64,000 bases of DNA from Camelus dromedarius (lineage: Eukaryota). Positions 1 to 13,569 of the stretch are shown one piece after another. The stretch is taken from positions 102,860,001-102,924,000 of the forward strand of contig NC_087436.1 of the NCBI RefSeq assembly GCF_036321535.1. Direction: 5' to 3'. The notes beneath the pieces are model-generated. The model was given only the letters and a program-made list of their open reading frames with translations. It was not told where the DNA came from and made no database searches. The position numbers were made by a program, and so were the translations under genes. How positions within the stretch are numbered: the stretch's first letter is position 1; each line of letters begins with the position of its first letter.

Positions 1-1259
1 AAGAAAGGCAATTATTAGCTATTTTAAAAGGAGAAAGTCTTTTTGTAGTTTTCCCGCATTAGTTGTTAGAGGGATAAATTTGAATGACCATTTTTTAGTT
101 GTTGTTCATAATAATTAGATAATATTATAGACAATAATTCTTATTCATAACAAGTAATTGGCGTTTTGTTCCCTCAATCATTTTTATGAATCTTCATAGC
201 AAAGACATTACCCTCTTCCTAACAACGGCAGAGGAAATACAATGGCTCAGTGAAAACCCAGGCTGGGCTCTAAAAACCACAGCCAAACTAATCCCAGAGG
301 TTAGGTCCCAGTCTTTAGAACTGTTCCCAGTCTAGACACTCACAATTCATTAAAATGATTTTGTTCCTCAGTTGAAAACACAACAGGAGAAAAGAATCAA
401 GGAGAAGAGAATTCTCTAACTCAGTCTTAAAATAATTACACAGAAAATTAGCCTCATCCCTTTAAACTACTATTTTAAAAAACAAAAAAGGGAGGGGGAA
501 ATGACCCAGGCCATTTCCCTTCTACTAGCTACATGGGTAATACAAAACCTTGAAGAAGAATACTATGCTTTGGCTTAAAAGTCATATATTATTCTCCACT
601 GATTAAGAAATGAATAAAATTACATGCAAAGCAGCCTTTACACATTGCAGTTAAGAACTTTCTCACTCCAGCCCAACAGAGGTTATTTTCTTCCTAAACT
701 CCCCAAGCAAGATTTCACTTTGTATAAAGTTGCTGAATCTCTTCCCATCAACTTAAACTAAAGACACATCCCAGAATCTGGACTTACAAATCAAACTCTG
801 ATGATAACATAACATGGATAGGATATGGCAAGAGAGGTTATGAAGATAGGCTCTTAAAAAGCATTAAAAGAAAAAGCAGGTAGAGTTGACTTAACTATTT
901 GCAACATTGAGGCAAGTTCCAAGTTTCTCTTTTTGACTATAGTAAGTGATTCCTTTCCGTAACATCTAGCAGTGAGTACACTGAATTTGCTGAAGGGATG
1001 AGAAATGGAATTTCTTAACTTTCAGCTACAGTTAAGCAAGAGACACCTTGCTGTCCTAGCCATTTTGTCTTCTTTTTATGAAAGGCAAAAAAAAAAAAAA
1101 AAAAATTAAAAAGTGATTCATCCTGTGGGCTTTAGCATCAGAAGGAGTTGAATGTAAGTCCCTGCTTTATCTGAGTAACTTAGAGCATTTTAATCTAAGA
1201 CTCTTCCTCTCCTTCCTTCCTCCTTCCCCCTTTCCTCTCTTCTTCTTTTTTTTTCAACT

Positions 1260-4200
1260 TATATAAGTATGTAAGATTTATTATAATTAATAAACCAGTA
1301 TACATACATTATGATTGCCTAATGTCCTTTCTCTGTTTCAGGATTCCATCCAGAATACATCACATTTGGTCGTGTGTTGCTCCTCTAGGCTGTATCAGTT
1401 TCACAGACTTGTTTTTAAGGACCTTGACTATTTGGGTAGGACTGGTTAGGGATTTTGTAGAAGATTACCTCAACTAAAATGTATATAATGTTTATCTCAT
1501 TATTAGACCGAGTTAATGGGTTTTGGGGAGGATGACTACAGATATAAATCATTTTTACCACATCACACCAAGGATACAGACTATCAACCTGAGGCGAACC
1601 TGGACCATCTGACTGTGGTCCTGTCTGCCAGATTTCATCACTGAAAGTTACTCCTCACCCACCTCCCACTCCATATTGTCCTCTTTTGAAGGAAGTCACT
1701 CTGCACAACATACACTTAAGATACAGGGAGTTCTGGTCCATCTCTCGAGGGAGGTATAGCTACTTAAACTATTGGAATTTTTCTTCACACATATTTCTTT
1801 TCTTTCCCATGTGTTTACTTTGATAAGTATTTATTCATATCAGAGTGACTCAGGGACATTGACTTCATACTTTGTGGTATAATTCAATAGTATTTGATTT
1901 ATTGTGCAATTCAAATTTCCCAGCTGTGGCCACTGGAACTTTTCTGTTGATTCAAGTGCCCTTTTGACATACCCTCAACAGTGCAGGCATTTTGTTATTG
2001 TTTGTTTTGCTTTGTTCAATTTTTCAATGCTTGCTTACTTTCTGGCACTATAAGATGCTCTAGGATCATCCTGTGTATTTCCTGCCCTCCCTCCATTTTA
2101 GTGAGGTTATTTCATACATGAGTTATACAATTAGATTTGTGTGTCACATTCTGCATCCATCTTGAGTTTCCTAATTTCCTAAAGAATTTTTTAAATTTGC
2201 ATACATGAAGCTTCACTCTTGTTTCTGTAAAATTCTATGAATTTTAACAAAGGTATAGTGTCACACATTCACATTATAGAATCACATAAAATAGATTTGC
2301 TGCCATCAAAAATTCTGTGCTTCATCTATTCAATCATTCCCTCTTTCCCCAAACCCCTAACAACCACTGGCCTTTTTACCATAAACTACAGTTTTGCTTC
2401 TTCCAGAATAGCATATATTTGAAATTGTGTAGTATGTAGCCTTTTCAGACTGGCTTCTTTCACTTATCAATTGCATTTAATATTCATCAATATGTCTTCA
2501 CCGCATGATAGTTCACTTTTAATCATTGAATAATAGTATTCCATTGTACAGATGTATCACAATTTATTTATTCATTCACCTTTTGAAGAGCATCTTAATT
2601 GCTTCCAGTTTTTGGTGATTATGAATAAACATAGCTACCATAAACATTCATGTGAAGTTTTCTGTGCAAACATAAGTTTTCAAGTAAGTTTTGTGAGTAC
2701 CCTGGAATATATTTCTTGGATCATATGGTAAGACTATACTTAGCTTTGTAATAAAGCCCCAAACCAATTAGAAAGTAACTATAATATTTTGCATTCCCAG
2801 TGGCACTGAGTGAGGGTTCCTGGTGCTCTGAATCCTTGCCTAGCAACTGTTAGCCCAGGGCTTTTTGGATTCTAGTCATTCTAATAGCTGCATAAGAGTA
2901 TCATACTATTGCTCTAGCTTGCAGATTGCTAAAGACATGTAATGTTGAGCATCTTTTCATACACTTACCTGCTATATGTTTATCTTGCTTGGTGAGATAT
3001 TCATTCAGATATTTTGTCCATTTTCTAATTGGGTTACTTGTTTATTTATTATTGAGTTTCAGTAGTTATTTGTGTATTTTGTCTTTTATCATATGTTTGC
3101 TTTGCAGATGTTTTCTCTTTTCTGTGATTTTATCTTTGCATTCATTTACAGTGTCGTACACTATAAGAAAAATAAACAAACTTTATTAAACTTCAATTTA
3201 TTATTGTTTCTTTCATTGATCATGTTTTTGGTGTTGTATCTAAAAAATCTCACTGCCAAACCAAAAGTCACCTAGATCTTATACAGTTTCTTCCGGAATT
3301 TTTATAGATGTTCATTTCACATTTCCATCTATGATTCATCTTGAGCTACTTTTGTGAAGGATGTAAAGTCTGTACCTAAGTTCAGTTTTTTGCATATGTT
3401 TCAGCACTATTTGTTGAAAAGACTGTATCTTCTTCATTTAATGGACTTTGCTTCTTTGTAAAAGATCAGTTGAGTATATCTACATTGGTGTACGTCTGGA
3501 CTCCTGTTTTTGTTCTGTGCTTAAACTCTTGCACCAGTTCCATGTGATCTTGATTATTGTAGCTTTATAATAAATCTTGAAATCAGGTTGTGTGAATCCT
3601 CCAATTTAGTTCCTCGTCTTCACTATTGTGTTGACTATTTTAGGTCTTTTGTCTTTATATTTTATGAGTTTATGGACATCCATAGAAGAGCTTCCTGGGA
3701 TTTGACTGAGACTGCATTAAAGCAATTCCTCAAGTTGTGAAGAACTGGCATCTTAACAATACTGAGTTTGTAGGAATCTACATATAAATCTTGTATATAT
3801 ATTATGTTACATTTATAGCTAAATATTTAATTTTGTATTTTAGGGAGGCTACCATAAATGATATCACTTTAGATTACAGTTTCCAGTTGTTTATTGCTGC
3901 TATATAGGAAAGCAATTGACTTTACTGTATTAGCCACGTGCCCTGTGCTTTTACTATACTAGCTTATTCTAGGAAGTTTATCTTATTTTTATAGGTTCTT
4001 TGGGATTTTCTGCACAGACGCAAAAGTCATCTGTGAACAAAGACAGTTTTACTTCTCTCTTCCCAATATGTACATCTTGATTTCTTATTTTTACTTCATT
4101 TCTTGCCTGTTGTGTTAGTTAAGAATTCCAGTATGATGCTACATATGACTGATGAGACAGGACATCATTGCCTTCTTTCCAAATTTAACAACAAAGAATC

Positions 4201-4460
4201 CAGTTTCTCACCATTAAGCATGTTGTTAGCTGTAGGGTTTTTGTAGAGATGCTTCATGAAGTTGAGAAATCTTCTATCCATTCCTAGTTTGCTGTGTGTT
4301 TTTATCATGAGTGACTGTTGGGTTTTGTCAAAGGTTTTTCTGAAGTAATTGGTAAAATCATCTGCTTTTTCTTCCTTTATCCTCTTTATATAGTGGTAGC
4401 TTCAGGGAATAATTTAGAAAATGTTCCCTTTGTTACTGTTTCTGGAAGATATGTTGTGTG
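1260..4460 (-). mobile_element. Old L1 (L1MC/L1MD-type) 3'UTR and degraded ORF2 3' half
   Basis: T-rich antisense L1 motifs, e.g. 'tattccattgtacagatgtatcacaatttatttattcattcacc', 'gttgagcatcttttcatacactt', 'cagtttctcaccattaagcatg'; no long ORF. Confidence 0.8.
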
Positions 4461-4479
4461 TAAATGTGCTGTGTATTTC

Positions 4480-4880
4480 ACAATGGTTAATCCTCCCCTT
4501 CAATTTACAGAGCCCTGAGGCAATCTTTCCTGACTCTTCCTTTTGAGAACTTGGTATAATAGGTACCCGGAGGTAAAACTCCTGAAAATGTCCCTCCCCA
4601 CCGCCCCCCAACTCAGCCTTCAGCAATTTGTAAAAATTACTCAAGTATTAATTTATCAGTTTACGGTTCCAATGTTGCTGGTCTAGACAAGCAGCACTCG
4701 GCTGTGACTTTCTGTATTTGCCTGTCTCTCCAGATTTTAGGATTGAAGTTGGCCCTGAAACCTCAGTTCTTTCTTGGATTCTGTCATAGTTATTGATTAT
4801 TATTTTTTCAGCTTTTTAATGTAAGAATAGAAGCGGTGACTTTTCAGCTCTTTGTTACATGTTAGAGCTGAAACTGAAAA
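4480..4880 (-). mobile_element. Old L1 5'-end fragment (L1MD-like)
   Basis: 'ctctccagattttagg...cctcagttct...gacttttcagctctttgttacatgttagagctgaaactg' resembles the antisense L1MD 5' terminus as I recall it. Confidence 0.55.
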
Positions 4881-4995
4881 CAAATGCTTTTAAAATGGCA
4901 ATTTCCTATTTTAGAAAATTATCTGTGAAAATTTCATACAGAGGAGTTTTATTCCTTATCTCTTGACCCCACTAACTCTCTCTCTCACAAACACA

Positions 4996-5628
4996 TGAGA
5001 CAGGAAGGGGGCAGGGCACAGCCATTCAAGGAATGCTACAGCAATTAACATCAAAATGGTGAAAGATTCAACCCCCAGTAGGCCTTGAGGCTTAAGATGG
5101 TGGGAGATTTAACTTCTAGTAGACCTTGAGCTTCATTATAAGCTCATTGTAATATATTAACATGGTGAATAACATGCCCACAGGCGCCATGACATTCTCA
5201 AGGCTAGCTACAAAAGGGCAAAGAGTGGGAAATGGCCAACTTCCTGGGAATCCCAGCCCCTTCCCCAGGCTACTTAGACTGGTCCTTTCACTTATTAGCA
5301 TATGAAGCTACCAAAGACCATGAAAATGGGCAACACTTTCTGTCACGGCCTCTCTCTCTCTCGATTCAGAATCGGCCAGCACTCTGCCTATGGAGTGCGT
5401 ACCTATTTTTACTCCAATCTGAGCACCCAACCCCCACACCTTGTGGCCTTTCTCTTGCTTTTCAATGTATCTCTCTAAATAAATCAACCTTTACTCAACT
5501 GTGGCTCGCTCTTGAATTCTTTCCTGCACAAAGCCAAGGACCCACAGTTGGCGGGGCATGTCCCAGGGACTCAACCGGAGCCTGGGACACGGCCCTCCTC
5601 ACGCCCCACACCCGTTTATCCTTCATCA
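4996..5628 (+). mobile_element. Solo ERV1 LTR, MER41-like
   Basis: TG...CA termini with 4-bp TSD caca (4992-4995 / 5629-5632); AATAAA near 5478; MER41-type blocks 'gcgccatgaca' and 'ctcgctcttgaattctttcctgc...ccaaggaccc'. Confidence 0.85.
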
Positions 5629-5850
5629 CACACACACATCTTCCATTGTTCCAAATATATTTATATTGTAAAATTTGCCTGTATCAATATTCAACACTAT
5701 CTTAGAAACAGACTTTTTATAGCTGAGTCATAAATATAATATAGACTTCATTCTTATGAAACTTTATTTGCTTTTGATGTCATTATTGTCTTCTTTTAAG
5801 TTAATAGCTGCCCTTTTCTAATAGCTTAGTTTTCTGAGCTAAATTTCAAA

Positions 5851-5920
5851 AAAAAAGAAAAATAGAAAGGAAAAGAAGGAAGGAAGGGAAGAAGGAAAGA
5901 CAGAGGAAAGGAAGGAAGAA
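5851..5920 (+). repeat. Purine-rich (GAAG/GAAA) low-complexity tract
   Basis: Directly visible. Confidence 0.8.
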
Positions 5921-6525
5921 ACCCAACAAATTTCTCCCATTGTAATCATAAGACATTTGGTTCTTTTCTCAATTCCCAATATTTTCCTCTATAATATCTC
6001 AGGAGCCTTTATTCTTTTTGTTGTGTTTTCAGTCAAAATATGAAGCTATTCCTTTCCCAATGTTACTGCTGAGAATCCTGATGACAGTCTATTTCTCCTT
6101 TTTTTTGTACATAATCTGTATTCTCTTCAAAAGCTTTTTGGACCATTGGAGACTCATGTTTACCATATGAGGTTATTTTGAGAATTAAATAAAATAATAG
6201 ATGGGATTTCCTTCATTTAATAACTGTTAACTTTGACCAGTAACTTAATGCTTATAATAAAATTGATGATCAGAACGTTGCTCATTTTAACTAGACATCA
6301 TGAGATTTCATTCTCTTATACATTTGAAAGGAATACTGCTCACACTTTTATGAGCAATTATAGATAATCTTGAGGTCAATATAATTTTCATTATTTAGGT
6401 TAAAGATAATAAATTCCTTTATAAGCACAGCATGCAGAGAACAAACACAAACTCTGGTGACAAACAGGCCAGGTTCGGAACACTAGTGCAACCATAGTTA
6501 AGACTGTGATATCAAGAAAAAATAT

Positions 6526-7247
6526 TATGCCTAGGAGCAGGATTCCTGGGTCATATGGTAAGTCTATTCCTAGTCTTTTGAGGAATCTCCATACTGTTTT
6601 CCACAGTGGCTGCATCAAACTGCATTCCCACCAGCAGTGTAGGAGGGTTTCCTTTTCTCCACAGCCTCTCCAGCATTTGTCATTTGTGGACTTTTGAATG
6701 ATGGCCATTCTGGCTGGTGTGAGGTGAGACCTCATCATAGTTTTGATTTGCATTTCTCTGATAATTAGTGATATTGAGCATTTTTTCATGTGCCTATTGA
6801 TCATTTGTATTTCTTCCTTGGGAGAATTGCTTGTTTAGATCTTCTGCCCATTTTTGGATTGGGCTGTTTGTTTTTTTTCTTATGAAGTCATATGAGCTGC
6901 TTATATATTCTGGAGATCAAGCCTTTGTCGGTTTCATTGTTTGCAAACATTTTCTCCCATTCCGTAGGTTGTCGTTTTGTTTTACTTATGGTTTCCTTTG
7001 CTGTGCAGAAGCTTGTAAATTTAATTAGGTCCCATTTGTTTATTCTTGCTTTTATTTCTATTTCTTGGGTAGACTGTCCTAGGAGAACATTTTTGAGATG
7101 TATGTGAGACAATGTTTTGCCTATATTTTCTTCTAGGAGGTTTATTGCATCTTGTCTTATGTTTAAGTCTTTGCTCCTTTCTGAGTTTATTTTTGTGTAT
7201 GGTGTAAGGGAGTGTTCTAGCTTCATTGATTTACATGCTGCTGTCCA
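6526..7247 (-). mobile_element. Young L1 internal ORF2 fragment (C-terminal region), truncated at both ends
   Basis: ORFs 6888..7253 (KLEHSLTPYTKINS...KWDLIK) and 6400..6804 ([18 protein letters not shown]...[11 protein letters not shown]) are L1 ORF2p C-terminal sequence including the cysteine-rich domain. Confidence 0.95.
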
Positions 7248-10200
7248 AGTCACTTAGTAATAAATTTCCTGCCTCATATGTTTGGGACAGGATTACATAA
7301 AACAAAGAATATTAAGAACTTGAGTAGTACCAGAGACACAGCAGTTTTTCAAAGATGTTAATTACCACTTAAATGTTATTCTTTTATTTATTCATTCATT
7401 CTTTAATATGTGGAACTCATCCTATCATGCAAAAGATAGCATTTGACTCAGTATACTCTACGTTAAGGGGAATATAATTCAATAAAAGTTTATTAGGATA
7501 TTAATAAGTAGGCAGAGTTAGGAAGCCTGAAAACCATGTCACAAGAAAGTCATAAAAGTGTCTATTTAAAAATAATAATATGAGGGTTTAACTCTCATAT
7601 TACATGAATTTTTAAAATACATTTGAAGGATTTTAAGTCTCTTTGTAGTTTCATAAAGCTGAAATAGACATTCAGAAGCAACAAATTTTGACAAAGTATA
7701 AGGCATAATTATATTTATAATAGAACTGCCTAAATTTTGAGTGGCATTTGAGTGTAGTTTACTTGCATTTTTTTCTCAAAAGATATTCAACCATTAGAAA
7801 AGTTGTCAAAGAAGGATTTCAAGCCCAGCTGGAGTAATGGTTGGATAATTCTACAATGTATAATATCACTTAGAGTGCCAATTTAAATTCAGATTTCTGG
7901 GCTTCACTCTTTTAAGAATATGATTTTATGGGTGGTTTTGAGATGTGCTGTTGATGCAAGGTTGAAACAAAAGCATTTGAGAAATTCTGGTCTGGGTTAT
8001 GACATGATGAATTCTAAGGTTTATTCCAATCTTTGTATGCCATGAATTCATAAGATAAATGCTTCTAGCCGAGATGTGATTTAGTCTGATCCTCAAAGGA
8101 TGAGTAAAATTTCACAATGAATCTCAACATTGCACAAAATGACATTGTCCTGACTAGCATCATCTAAATTAGGGGACAGATAAGTTTTATCTTCAACTAA
8201 TTTCTAAAGTACTAGCAATTTTGATACTATCAAAAATATTTAACCTCATGAAAGTATCTTTCTAGTTATCATATCTTAAATATAATGAAGCAGAAATCAG
8301 GTCCCATTTATTGCTTTGGAGACAATATATGACACTTAATGTACAATATATAATACTTAATGTACTGGACATTAATAAATGCTTATGTCATCATAACATT
8401 GCTGAGCAAACTGCAATGTTTTATTCAGAATACAATTGCTTCTTGTAGTAATAAAAACCACACGTATTTTAATAAAAGTATGAACTATTTCAGAACTGAT
8501 GCAAACTCAGCATTGTACTTTTGAAAATTGACACTACTTTAAGTCCAGTTGGTTGGAATGAATAACAATAATGTTCCATTCTTAGAAAAACCTGCTACTT
8601 ATTAAGACTGCATACTAAGTAGAAGCATAAGTATCATACAATTCTATGATTTTCACCCTAGGAATATCATTTCTTTATTTAAATCACTTTCCTCTGAATG
8701 CATTTAAAATAAGAAGAACAAGAGTTTTATGCACAATTAGAATATTTTAGAACTTGTAGTGGTAATTCATATCTATTAAATATTTAGAACACATTACTAT
8801 TCAAATATTTTTGAAGCTGTTATATAACTAATCCCCCTTCATTTCTCATTCTACTATCTTTAAATAATCATAACCAAGAAGCCAAATCAGATAGAATATA
8901 GTAGGGGGTGGCTACTTTTGACACTAAAACAGGCTTCATGCAGATATTTTATATAGTAGTTTAAATATTTAAGATTTTTAAATCATATAATTTCCAAAAA
9001 ATGAAGACATAAGTAAGAAATAAATCTATTATGTTTTAAAATGGGGTTACTTTCGTATCCCAAAGTTAAAAAAAAATGGTATAATCTCAATTCATATGCA
9101 GCTATTAGCCAGTGTGCTTTGCAGTTGATGAAACTCCATATTGAGAAGGGTGCACTTGCCTCATATTGTATGTGAGCGGCAGCCTAAGCAAAGAAAGGTA
9201 TTTCATTTACCAAAGCAGACGCCTGCACAAGAGAGGGTTTGTTATTTAACTTGAGACTCTTGCATTTTCTTTGTATTAGAAAAGAACCTCATCAACCAGA
9301 CCCTTTTTTCATATTGCTGTCTGATAGACACTCCCCTAGAAACCAGCAAAGAAGAGGATGCCTATTTCTGGAAACACCATGACATTATCAAGAATGGGGG
9401 AAATTCTGGGGTTCGATTCAGTCTTGTGTTTGAAATTAGCAGTTTGGAGTAAAGATATTTTAATAAAGATAGACAGATAAGAATACAAAACATTGAAGAA
9501 TACAAAATATTGACTTGTCTGTGTGCCCAAAAGACAAGAGGAGACCTTACTAAGAAAAAGAGATTCTGATTGACTTCAAATTTCCGCTTTTTATTAAGAC
9601 TCACATGTATCATTTTCTTTTTCTCTCATCAATGTAGATGATTGATCACATCTAGCCCCCAACTAATAGCTTCAGAGGAAGAATTTAAAGAACTGCACCT
9701 CAGAGCTTCTGTTATGTTTGGTTTCTCTTCATACTTCTTGTTAATTTCTTCCTCACTTTTTGATTTTTCTATTTATGTAGGCTTTTTCTTTATTGATATC
9801 TGTTTTAGTGTTATTTTCCAGCTTACAAATATATTCTTTAATTATACCTAGGTTAGTTGTTATTTTAGCTATTGAGTATAATTTTTATTTTTATGATTGT
9901 GTATGTTTCCTGTCCTAAATTTTCTACTGCTTATTTTTATATCCATCAGTTCTTGAAACATAATCATTTATTTTGTTTTATTACTTCCTGTTCATTTTTA
10001 ATATATACTATTATTCCCTCCAACTTACTTTGTTTTATGTTGGGAAATCACTGCGACATAATGTGAAAATGTCCAGAAAAAGACACCTGTCTAGATTATA
10101 GCTGGTAGCTGAAACTGGATGCCAGAGGTTCCCCAGCATTCAAACCTTATGATAGCACATGAACGGTGGGGTGAAGAAGGCAGAAAAATAATATCCAAAA

Positions 10201-11879
10201 GCCATTTTCGGGAACTTGAGAGTGTGGGACTCAGGGACAATATGTTCTAATAGGGAAAGGGACTTCATATAAAAGTATCTTAATCAGTGACCCTTGCTGC
10301 CTTCTGCAGATGCTCAAGTATTCCTGTGTAAATATCCTGGAGACTCAGGAGCCATCGTGAGTTTACTGATTACCTGAAATCAAAGAGAGAAAGAGGAAGA
10401 AACAAACAAAGAAACAAACAATAAAAGCACTAAAGTGTAGAGGAAAGAGAGTAGACTTAAGATTGGAGGTCTTTTATGTAAGTCATATGTTTACAAGTTT
10501 TACTATTATTGGCAAGTAAATTTCTGGATTTTCACATCCACAATATACACAAATACTACCTAAATTCCAAAAATGCCATAGAAATTATGTTATTACACCA
10601 TACCTTTGATGTTCTTTGAAAACTGTAGAGCCATAGAAATACCAATTGTTATTAAAATATAACAGAAAAAAAAAATCCAGAAAATATATTGTGTAAACAT
10701 GCTTTGCTTAAAGCCATCTCTGGAGCAGTAGTGGCTTAAATAACACAGCCCCACTAGAAATAGAAGACTGTATTTTAATATGCTTTTTAAAAATATGTAT
10801 CCCATGTATGAATAATAATATCTGTAGGTTCTTCTAGGTGCTGGTTAAATAGTTATGCATAGGTACTGGGAGATAAAATAGAAGAGATTTGACTCCACTA
10901 GATTTAGGATCTACTGAAGCTTTGCCACTTGTCAAATTTGTGACCTCTGAAAATATGATAGGATCATAAACTTTGTAAGATTGTTGTTGAGTATTAAATG
11001 TGAATAAATTGTATGTGATTCCTAATACATGCCTAGCATATAGTAGGCACTTCAAAATGTTATTATCGAAGAAGCAAAGGAAAAGAGAGTTACAGTAAAT
11101 TTGCTAGTTCACCTCACTCACCTTCAACAGAAACCTCACTCCCGGTCAGTGGGAGAAGTGTATCATTCAACTCCCTGGACTTGGGGTCACATTCAGACAG
11201 CCATCCCTGTAATGAGAGCACCAGCATGGAAACCCATCGCCCTGCCATCAAAGCGCTGGACCAGCACAGGAGTGAGTTTCAATTACTTGCAGGACAGATG
11301 TCTTGCCAGTGGTCATGGGTACGTGTTCCCCATAGTGTCTCCCCATAAATCCTACGGTAGCTTAAATTCGCAAACTCCTCATCACAATTCCAGACTATGG
11401 AAAGTCGGTTTTAATGGAATTCCTTTCCAGATGAAAATGACAATAATTGGTGAGGCTGAGCCTCCCGTTGCTCAGGTTGTTGCTGCTGTTTTTGGTGCCT
11501 GGTGAATCACTGTGCAACACCTCACTGCATGCAAATTTATGCAAGTTGACGATTAAACAAGGGGGTTATTTTAGTCAAATCAATCAGGTATTGTATCTAT
11601 TTGAAACGATAATGTAAGCATAATTGATGGCGCATAATTAATGATTATCCAAGGCTGCTAATAATTAAATGATAAGAAGGTATGAGAGGAAGGAGGTGCC
11701 AAGGAACTTGGGCTCTAAACAAGAAACCGAAGAGGACTTTTGCCTCATTTCCTCAAACTACTGAAATCCTTTCTTGCATTTATAACCATATCCACATCTT
11801 GTGAATCTGAACACTTACTCATTGTTCTCTAGAAACATTCTTGAAGTAGTGAAGTGAATAAATGTGATGGTGTTAACAG

Positions 11880-12130
11880 AACCCTGGCTGAGCTGGATTC
11901 CTCTATCTTTCTATGTTTGAATTCTGATTCTAACACTAACGAGCTACTTAACCTTAGGAAAAAACTATTAGTCTCTCTGGGTTTCACATTCCTGATTTAT
12001 GAAATGATTGTTATGTTATAGTCCCATGTGTATATATTTGTGATGAGGGTTAAATCAAATATTAAATGTAAAGGTCTCAGATGTTTTCCAGAAACTTTAC
12101 ACATGATAAATCAATGTTTATTATAATTAT
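11880..12130 (+). mobile_element. MIR SINE remnant
   Basis: Core-like 'ttgtgatgagggttaaatcaaat' and 'ctctctgggtttcacattcctgatttatgaaatg'. Confidence 0.55.
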
Positions 12131-12239
12131 TATTTTTTTCAAAGCCTCTCTGGTTCTCATTTTCCCACATGAAAAGTTACTTTATGACGAGAATTTAAAC
12201 CATACTACTTTAGCTTTCCATTTAAGGTTAGGCTGAGAA

Positions 12240-13488
12240 ACCCTTGTTAAAAAATGTGGAGTCGCAATACCAAAGGCACAGTTTATGAGAGAAATCATTG
12301 ATAAGCTGGACTTCACTAAAATTAAAAGCTTCTGCTCTGAGAAAGAACAATGTCAGAGAATGAGAAGACAACCCACAGATAGGGAAATGTATTTGCAAAT
12401 ACATATCTAATAAAGAACTATTACCTAAAATATACAAAGGACTTGTAAAACTTAACCAATTAAAAAAAGTAACAGCCTGATTAAAAAATGAACAAAGACC
12501 TGAACAGACACCTCACCAAAGAAGATATTTCTTTGGTAAATAGGCATATGGAAAGATATTCAACACCATGTGTCAATAGAGAATTGCAAATTTAAAAAAT
12601 GTGAAACCCCTAAGTAGTGGAATGGCCAAAACGCGCAACACTGACAACACAAATGCTGGTGAGGATATAGATCAATAGAAACTCTCATTTATTGCTGGTT
12701 CCCACAAAAATACAAGATGGTAAAGCCACTTTGGAACACAATTTGGTAGTTTCTTACAAAACTAAACATACTTATGCAATCTAGCAATAGCATTCTTTGG
12801 TATTGCATAAAATGAGCTAAAACTTACATCCACACAAAAACCTGCGCATGGATGTTTTATAGCGACTTTATTCATAATTGCCAAAACTTGGAAGCAACCT
12901 CGATGTTCTTCAGCAGATAAATGGATGAATACACTGTGGTGCATCTTTACAATGGAATGTTATTCAGAATTTAAAAGAAATTAGCTATCTGGCTGTAAAA
13001 TGACATGGAGAAACCTTAAATGCATGTGACTAAGTGAAAGAAGCCAATCTGAAAGACTACAAACTGTATGACTCCAACCACACGACATTCTGGGACAGGC
13101 AAAACTGTAGAGACGGCAAAAGATCACTGGTTGCCAGGGGTTAAGGGGCAGAGGGGGATGAATAGGTGGAGCACAAGATTTTTAGGACAGTGAAGATATT
13201 CTGTATGATATTATAATGGTGAATACATTTCAATATATATTTGTCCAAACCCACAGAATGCACAAAAACATAGAGTAAACCCTAATGTAAAAAACTATGG
13301 TTTTTAATGATAATGATGTGTTACTGTAGGTTCATCAGTTGTACCAAATGTACCACTCGGTTGCAGGATATTAATAATGGGGAGTGGTCCGTGTGTTAGG
13401 GTAGGAGGTGTATGGGAATTCTCTGTATCTTCCACTCAATATTTCTGTGAACCTAAAGCTGTTCTAAAAAATAGTCTATTAAAAAAAG
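12240..13488 (+). mobile_element. L1MC1-like 3' end (end of ORF2 + 3'UTR + A tail)
   Basis: 'gataagctggacttcactaaaattaaaa', 'ggagaaaccttaaatgcat...aagtgaaagaagccaatctgaaa'; ends 'ctattaaaaaaaag'. Confidence 0.85.
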
Positions 13489-13569
13489 AGTCTAAGTCTC
13501 TTTAATGTCTGTGCTTGAGGTAATATATCAAATCTCATTTAATGTCATTCCTTTTGCTCCCAGAACTAT

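Noticed and set aside
5232..5705. 157-aa ORF
   Set aside because: Lies almost wholly within the solo LTR; incidental.
9410..9420. Pol III B-box-like GGTTCGATTCA
   Set aside because: No A-box, cloverleaf or SINE body around it; not a tRNA.
11101..11505. 134-aa ORF in unique sequence
   Set aside because: Non-ATG start, no recognisable domain, no convincing splice-site pair; more likely non-coding.
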